From: Campylobacterales bacterium
GTDB taxonomy: Bacteria > Campylobacterota > Campylobacteria > Campylobacterales > Hydrogenimonadaceae
Assembly (NCBI GenBank): GCA_027081015.1
Contig: JALWMA010000147.1
Coordinates: 8,000-71,999, forward strand
Direction of reading: 5' to 3'
Length of the DNA stretch: 64,000 nucleotides
Below the pieces are notes generated by a model, which had not been told where the DNA came from, ran no database searches, and saw only the letters and a list, made by a program, of their open reading frames with translations. The position numbers and the translations under genes were made by a program. Within the stretch, counting starts at the first letter, position 1. Each line of letters starts with the position of its first letter. Below, one piece after another: positions 58,769 to 64,000 of this stretch.

Positions 58769-61453
58769 TCACCCCTTCCCCATCCTCCTAACCAGATACT
58801 TCTCGAACTCCACGAGGAAAAATACGCTCGAGGCTATCGCCGTTATTCGCAGCCAGACGTTGGGTTCTATCGGTACGGTTCCGAAGAGTCCGTTCATGAA
58901 CGGCACGTATGTGAATGCCGCCTGTAAAAGAAGCAGTGCGGCTATCGCCATGAGGACGTAGCGGTTGCCCGTGAGTCCCTGCAGGCTGAACGACGAACCG
59001 TTTATGTAGCGGGCGTTGAATAGGTAGAATACCTCGAACATCACGAGGGTGTTTACCGCAACGGTTCTTGCGTGCTCGATGGGTGCTCCGTTTTGCTGCT
59101 CCCAGATAAAGAGGCCGAAGGTTCCGCCCATCAGGATGACGGAGACGAAGACGATGCGCCACAGCAGGTATTTGGTTATCATCGGCTCTTTGGCGTCTCT
59201 CGGGGGGCGGCTCATTACGTCCGGTTCGGGCGGCTCGAAGGCCAGTGATAGCGCCAGCGTGACGGCCGTGACCATATTTACCCAGAGTATCTGCACTGGT
59301 GTAAGAGGCAGCTGCGAAAAGCCCAGGAGTATCGCACCCAAAATTATGAGCGCTTCGCCGCCGTTGGTGGGCAGGATGAAGAGAATCGCCTTTTTGAGGT
59401 TGTCGTATACGGTGCGGCCCTCCTCTACGGCGTGTTTGATGGAGGCGAAGTTGTCGTCTGCAAGCACGATTTCCGCCGCATCCTTTGCCGCTTCGGTTCC
59501 GTTTTTGCCCATCGCTATGCCGACATCGGCGCGCTTGAGTGCCGGTGCGTCGTTCACTCCGTCTCCCGTCATGGCTACTATGTGGCCCCGCTCCTGAAGC
59601 AGCTTGACCAGAACCAGCTTGTGCTCCGGGCTTACACGCGCATATACATCCACGCTTGCGACCGCCTTTTTGAGCTCATCCTCCCCCATCGCATCCATCC
59701 GCTCGCCCGTAAGCGCCTCTTCGCAGTTTTTCAGCTTGAGCTTTTTGGCTATCGCCAGTGCCGTGGAGGCGTGGTCTCCGGTTATCATCTTGACCCTTAT
59801 TCCGGCGTTTTGGCACGCTTTTACCGCCTCTATCGCCTCTACGCGCGGCGGATCGATCATGCCGAACATCCCGAGCATCACGAAACCATCTTTTACATCG
59901 TCGAAGGTGAGTGCGGTTTTTGTAAACTCCGTATTTTTGACGGCCAGGGCTATGACCCTCTGGCCGCGTTGGGCGAGCTCTTCGATTCTGCCGCTCCAGT
60001 AATCTTTGTCTATAGGCGCTTCGCTCCCGTCGTTTCGCATCTGCCGGTCGCACATCGCGAGCAGGCTCTCGGGCGCTCCCTTTACGACTATGAAAGCCTC
60101 TTTGGTGTGGGAGTGGTGCAGGGTGGCCATGAAACGGTGCTCCGACTCGAACGGTATGAGGTCTACCCTCGGGTACTCTCTTCTCACATTATCTATATCG
60201 GCCCCCAGTTTCATCGCCGCGGCAAGAAGCGCACCCTCCATCGGATCGCCGTGAACCACCCAGCCGCTTTCGCTCTGCCTAAGCTCCGCATCGCTGCACA
60301 AGACGGCGCATTTGGCCATCTGCTCCGCTATCTTGAAAGTCGAGGGCTCCACGCTTCTGCCGCCTGCCATAAAGTCGCCGTGCGGGTCGTAGCCGGTGCC
60401 CGTAAGCTCGAAAAGCTCCTCCGCCGCCGCGATGTTTCTGACCGTCATCTCGTTTTTCGTAAGCGTTCCGGTCTTGTCGGAACATATCACCGTGACCGCC
60501 CCCAGCGTCTCTACCGCCGGAAGCCTTCTTATGATGGCGTTTCTCTTCGCCATCCTCTGCACACCGATGGCCAAGGTTATCGTCATAATGGCCGGGAGCC
60601 CTTCGGGTATGGCGGCCACCGCGAGACTTACGGAGGCCATGAACATCTCCGCCGCCCCGTATCCTCTCAGGAGGTAGCCGAACGCAAAGGTTGCCGCCGC
60701 CAGAAGCAGTATGGCGAGACTCAGCCAGCGCCCGAACTGCGCCATCTGTCGAAGCAGCGGCGTCGTAACGGTCTCCACCTGCGAAACCATCGTGCTGATC
60801 TGCCCTATTTCGGTGTCGGCCCCGGTTGCCACAACCACACCGACCCCCTGACCGTGCGTTACGATGGTGCCCGAGTAGGCCATGCAGAGCCTGTCGCCCA
60901 CTACGCTCTCTTCGGCTACCGGCTCCGTACTCTTTTGAACCGCCATCGACTCGCCCGTAAGCGCCGCCTCCTGTATCTGCAGCCCCTTTACTTTAAAGAG
61001 CCGAAGATCCGCCGGAACCCTGTCGCCGGACTGCAGCAGCACCACATCACCCGGAACCAGCTCTTCGGCCGGTATCGTCACATGGCGCCCGTCGCGCACC
61101 GCGAGCGCGTTGGCCGAGAGCATCTTCTTTATCGCTTCGAGTGCATCTTCGGCCTTCCCCTCCTGAATGAAACCGATTACGGCATTCAGAAAGACGACCC
61201 CGACTATGACGGCAGTGTCGACCATGTGGCCCAGCAGCGCCGTAACTACGGCGGCGGCGATAAGAACGTAGATGAGAATGTCGTGAAACTGGAGCAGAAA
61301 CCTAAGAAGAGGCCCACGTTTTTTGGGCTCCGGGAGCCTGTTCGGGCCGTACTTTTGCAGCCTTCGCCGCGCCTCTTCGGAGCTGAGCCCTTCGCTGGAA
61401 GTTTCAAGCTCCCTGAAGACGCTCTCTATATCTTTTGCGTGCCACTTTTCCAT
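58769..61453 (-). CDS. P-type (IIA-like) cation-transporting ATPase, probably Ca2+
   Basis: LTGES, IPEGL, DKTGTLT, KGAPE, MITGD, TGDGVNDAPAL, NGGE and WVNMVT motifs. Confidence 0.95.
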   Translation of the reverse strand: MEKWHAKDIESVFRELETSSEGLSSEEARRRLQKYGPNRLPEPKKRGPLLRFLLQFHDILIYVLIAAAVVTALLGHMVDTAVIVGVVFLNAVIGFIQEGKAEDALEAIKKMLSANALAVRDGRHVTIPAEELVPGDVVLLQSGDRVPADLRLFKVKGLQIQEAALTGESMAVQKSTEPVAEESVVGDRLCMAYSGTIVTHGQGVGVVVATGADTEIGQISTMVSQVETVTTPLLRQMAQFGRWLSLAILLLAAATFAFGYLLRGYGAAEMFMASVSLAVAAIPEGLPAIMTITLAIGVQRMAKRNAIIRRLPAVETLGAVTVICSDKTGTLTKNEMTVRNIAAAEELFELTGTGYDPHGDFMAGGRSVEPSTFKIAEQMAKCAVLCSDAELRQSESGWVVHGDPMEGALLAAAMKLGADIDNVRREYPRVDLIPFESEHRFMATLHHSHTKEAFIVVKGAPESLLAMCDRQMRNDGSEAPIDKDYWSGRIEELAQRGQRVIALAVKNTEFTKTALTFDDVKDGFVMLGMFGMIDPPRVEAIEAVKACQNAGIRVKMITGDHASTALAIAKKLKLKNCEEALTGERMDAMGEDELKKAVASVDVYARVSPEHKLVLVKLLQERGHIVAMTGDGVNDAPALKRADVGIAMGKNGTEAAKDAAEIVLADDNFASIKHAVEEGRTVYDNLKKAILFILPTNGGEALIILGAILLGFSQLPLTPVQILWVNMVTAVTLALSLAFEPPEPDVMSRPPRDAKEPMITKYLLWRIVFVSVILMGGTFGLFIWEQQNGAPIEHARTVAVNTLVMFEVFYLFNARYINGSSFSLQGLTGNRYVLMAIAALLLLQAAFTYVPFMNGLFGTVPIEPNVWLRITAIASSVFFLVEFEKYLVRRMGKG

Positions 61454-61539
61454 CCGAGCCCCCTTGAAGCATTTAAAGGCGGAGTGTTGGAGCCATAGAA
61501 AACGGCAACCGGTAAGCTATTTAAAAAAATTATACCATA

Positions 61540-61662
61540 ACTGATGTTGCACAAATTCCGGGCAGAGCCCGTAATTCGGCAGGGCCTGGACGGCCCTACA
61601 ACCCCCTAAAGCTTCGAAATCTCAGATTTCGAGATGATTTTACGCTTTTAGCGTAAAATCAG
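61540..61662 (+). repeat. Dispersed ~123-bp multi-hairpin repeat (longest copy)
   Basis: Shares a 27-bp identical core CCTACAACCCCCTAAAGCTTCGAAATC with the 39.4-kb copy; extra hairpin AGGGCC-TGGAC-GGCCCT; perfect TGATTTTACGC-N5-GCGTAAAATCA. Confidence 0.85.
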
Positions 61663-61691
61663 ACCATTCATAGAAGTCTCTCCTCTGGAGA

Positions 61692-63512
61692 TTAAAAGTA
61701 GTAGGCTGCAAGCAGCTTGAAGCTGTTCTCGTCGTAGGTATCGTTTTGCGTCTCTCTCTGGATATAGCGGTAGCCCAGCTTGAACGAGAGGTTCTCTTTG
61801 ACTCTGAAGTTTTGCGTAAAAGAGAGTATGTTCTGGTCCCTGCCGCCCTCGTAGTGTTTGAACCTGTATTCGAGCAGCAGATTCGTCACCCGGCTGTAGC
61901 GGTCTATCACCAGCCCCGCCGCCGCGTCTACCGCCGTCTCGGCGCCGCCGTCCACGATAAAGAGCTGCGGGTCTATCATGGCATAGATGTAGCCGTAGTC
62001 GTTCCCCACTCCCAGCCCGGCTCCCACACTCAGGCTGAACCTGCTTTTATCGTCGAGGTAGTCCCTGTGCCACCCTATGCGCGTACGCCACGAGAGCTCG
62101 TCGAAAAACTCGTCCGACTGGGTCAAAGACTCTATCGAGAGAATCGTCGCCTTTTCGAGGCGGGCCCTCTTTTTGGTGGCGTACCCCTCTATGTTCATGA
62201 ACTCTATCTGCGTCCCCCTCAAAAAGCCGTAGAGGGGATCTGTAAGGTCGTGATAGGCGGGGCGAAATCCGAAATAGGCGGCCGCTTCGGACGATATGTC
62301 GGCTGCTCCGGCCACGACTCTTCGAGCCCTGTGGCTTTTGAGCGGATCGGGCGGACGTTTCGGTTCGACCCTCTCCGCTTTGCCGAGTGCGGCTCTTGCC
62401 GATGTGAGGTTGTGGAAAATGTCGAGATAGCTCTCCTTTTCGAGCTCCCCTTTCTGGTAGTAGTACTGCACCAGCTCTATGGAGGCTTCGAGTATGTACC
62501 TTCTTTTCTGAACCGGCACCCCCTTCCCGTCGAGTTCCGACGCTTCCGTCTCTCCTCTTGCCAGCCTCTTGGCCGCGGCTATATCTTCACTCTCCAAAAC
62601 GGTTTTGTACGCCTCTATCTTGCTCCTTTTGGAGGGTCTGTAGCCCGTAGATGCGACGAGCCTCTCGCCGTTTGCGGCGTGGACGGTCTCGAGGGGGATC
62701 ACTTCGAATATGAACCTCTCTCTAAGCCCGGTTCCTGGGCGTGCCGCTTCGAGCAGCCATAGCATCTCGTACGAGCAGTTTCGGGTAAAGAAGTAGTAGG
62801 GCGAGCGTACATCTTTGACCTCCCAGATATGCTCGAACATCCTGAGCGTCTCCTCTTTGGTGAGGTTCAGGTCGTACTCCCAGATATCCCTGTTTTCGGT
62901 ATCGCGGTACTCTTTCAGCTTGTCGTAGTAGGGTAGAAGCGAATACTTTCCGTCGTAGCCGCCGAAGAGACCCTTGAGTGCGAATACCACGCCGTTCTCC
63001 CTGTTCGGGTCGGCATCGGCCGCGTAGTTGACCGCATAAGATAGCAGCCTGGAGTTGTACGAAGAGTTTATCCGTACGAACGTGTGGCCGAACATCGAAG
63101 CGGGTGAGTTTATATGCGCGGACGGAAATACGAGTGTGGCCGACTCCGGGTCTACCCTCTTCAATATCTTCTCGTACTCCCTGCACTCGGCTTCGGGCAG
63201 ATCTTTCAGATCGAGCCTCTGCACGAGCCACCTCTTCCTGGCCGGATACCTGCAGGCTGTGGAGTTGTCGTCCGCCGCCTCTTCGCCGTAGAGCGCTTTT
63301 ATAGTGGCCACGAGCTCATCTTTTTTGCTGACTCTGCCGTTTTCGGAGATGAAAAACGAGTCGTCTTCTATTTCGCTCTCACCGCCGCTGTAGTGCAGAA
63401 GAAGCGCCCAGTATCTATCTTCATATATCCTCTTTTGCATGGCCTCTTTCAGGGCCGAATCTACCGGTGCGGCAAAGAGAATAGATGAAAACAGTATCGA
63501 AAGATAGATCAC
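61692..63512 (-). CDS. DUF4105/Lnb N-terminal-domain protein with C-terminal beta-barrel-like region
   Basis: SPASMFGHTF, RDIWEYDLNL and YYFFTRNCSY motifs; C-terminal amphipathic strands ending in Phe. Confidence 0.85.
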   Translation of the reverse strand: MIYLSILFSSILFAAPVDSALKEAMQKRIYEDRYWALLLHYSGGESEIEDDSFFISENGRVSKKDELVATIKALYGEEAADDNSTACRYPARKRWLVQRLDLKDLPEAECREYEKILKRVDPESATLVFPSAHINSPASMFGHTFVRINSSYNSRLLSYAVNYAADADPNRENGVVFALKGLFGGYDGKYSLLPYYDKLKEYRDTENRDIWEYDLNLTKEETLRMFEHIWEVKDVRSPYYFFTRNCSYEMLWLLEAARPGTGLRERFIFEVIPLETVHAANGERLVASTGYRPSKRSKIEAYKTVLESEDIAAAKRLARGETEASELDGKGVPVQKRRYILEASIELVQYYYQKGELEKESYLDIFHNLTSARAALGKAERVEPKRPPDPLKSHRARRVVAGAADISSEAAAYFGFRPAYHDLTDPLYGFLRGTQIEFMNIEGYATKKRARLEKATILSIESLTQSDEFFDELSWRTRIGWHRDYLDDKSRFSLSVGAGLGVGNDYGYIYAMIDPQLFIVDGGAETAVDAAAGLVIDRYSRVTNLLLEYRFKHYEGGRDQNILSFTQNFRVKENLSFKLGYRYIQRETQNDTYDENSFKLLAAYYF

Positions 63513-63578
63513 GTACTTTTTAATGGGTCGGTCCTGTAGAAAGATTTGAAAGGGCGTAAAAACGCCCTTTTTCGATAT

Positions 63579-64000
63579 TTAGTTGATAGCGGAGATGTTG
63601 TCGAGAACGTCAGACATCTCTACGTTTTTGCTGACGTAGATTTTGTTGTAGTTCTCCTGCAGAGAAGCCGAGAATGCGGCCTTGTCTTCCACGTTCAGAA
63701 GCTCGGCGAGAGTATCGAGTGTTTCACCCTGTCCCATCGCGATCTCTTTTGCGAGAGTATCCATATTTGAAGCTACAAACTCCTGCGCTCTCTCGTTCAT
63801 TACGAACTTTGTCTTTTTACATCCGAGAGTACCGCTCGTGATACCGAAAGTCTGGTTGCCGGATGTTCCGTTTGTAGTAGCCTGGAGAGCCAGCATAACC
63901 GCAGAGCTGTCATCTTTGATGAGCATGGCACCGAGGCCGCAGCCTGTCTGATCGTTTACACCTGCAAATGCGGATGAGCCGATTACGGCTGCAGCTGCAA
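63579..64000 (-). CDS. DUF3015 family secreted protein (5' end off the right edge)
   Basis: The frame extends past the ORF-track ATG: ...AFAGVNDQTGCGLG...ATTNGTSGNQTFGITSGTLGC...MGQGETL. Confidence 0.85.
   Translation of the reverse strand, partial: AAAAVIGSSAFAGVNDQTGCGLGAMLIKDDSSAVMLALQATTNGTSGNQTFGITSGTLGCKKTKFVMNERAQEFVASNMDTLAKEIAMGQGETLDTLAELLNVEDKAAFSASLQENYNKIYVSKNVEMSDVLDNISAIN

Noticed and set aside
51040-58770. attR duplication of the tRNA-Asn 3' end and an integrase for the island
   Set aside because: No copy of the T-arm/acceptor 3' sequence and no integrase ORF found by eye.

Overview
64-kb chromosomal window of a moderately GC-rich (~50-55%) Campylobacterota bacterium, most like deep-sea-vent Hydrogenimonas/Nitratiruptor-type organisms (inferred from gene content and the gyrA-flgP-flgQ-flgR-asd-yqhA synteny). 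Left to right: 5' end of groES with a sigma70 promoter, CIRCE and HAIR operators; AsmA-like gene; tRNA-Met followed by a His-rich beta-propeller lipoprotein; proB-obgE-rpmA-rplU; ridA; M20 amidohydrolase plus HATPase-GNAT fusion; dapE; GGDEF/EAL protein; nnrS; a complete clade II Wolinella-type nos cluster (cNosZ-B-D-G-C1-C2-H-F-L-Y-L-L plus a small ORF) with an internal Crp/Fnr-type (Nss) box; stand-alone PAS protein; IGHMBP2-type helicase, DUF2231 and MutS7 (MutS-HNH); two MITE-like palindromes; an orphan HvfA-like Cys/Met-rich peptide; a tightly coupled pyrC-RR-HK-exbB-exbD-PilZ-hypothetical run; two tandem amt-PII pairs; gyrA-flgPQR-asd-yqhA-hemE-radical SAM; tRNA-Asn followed by a lower-GC defence island (GIY-YIG/SF2 helicase with two methyltransferase-like genes, MNT with a truncated HEPN, reversed darG-darT); a P-type ATPase; and Lnb/DUF4105 plus DUF3015. 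The most unexpected signals are an identical 18-bp motif (TTATCTTTTGAATTGGCG, preceded by a difH-like GAAAA-N6-TT(T/A)TC core) just downstream of both tRNA genes at the edge of accessory DNA, the non-canonical defence modules, and the ExbBD/PilZ/sensor-less kinase operon. All protein family calls are from motif recognition by eye; no database searches were run.
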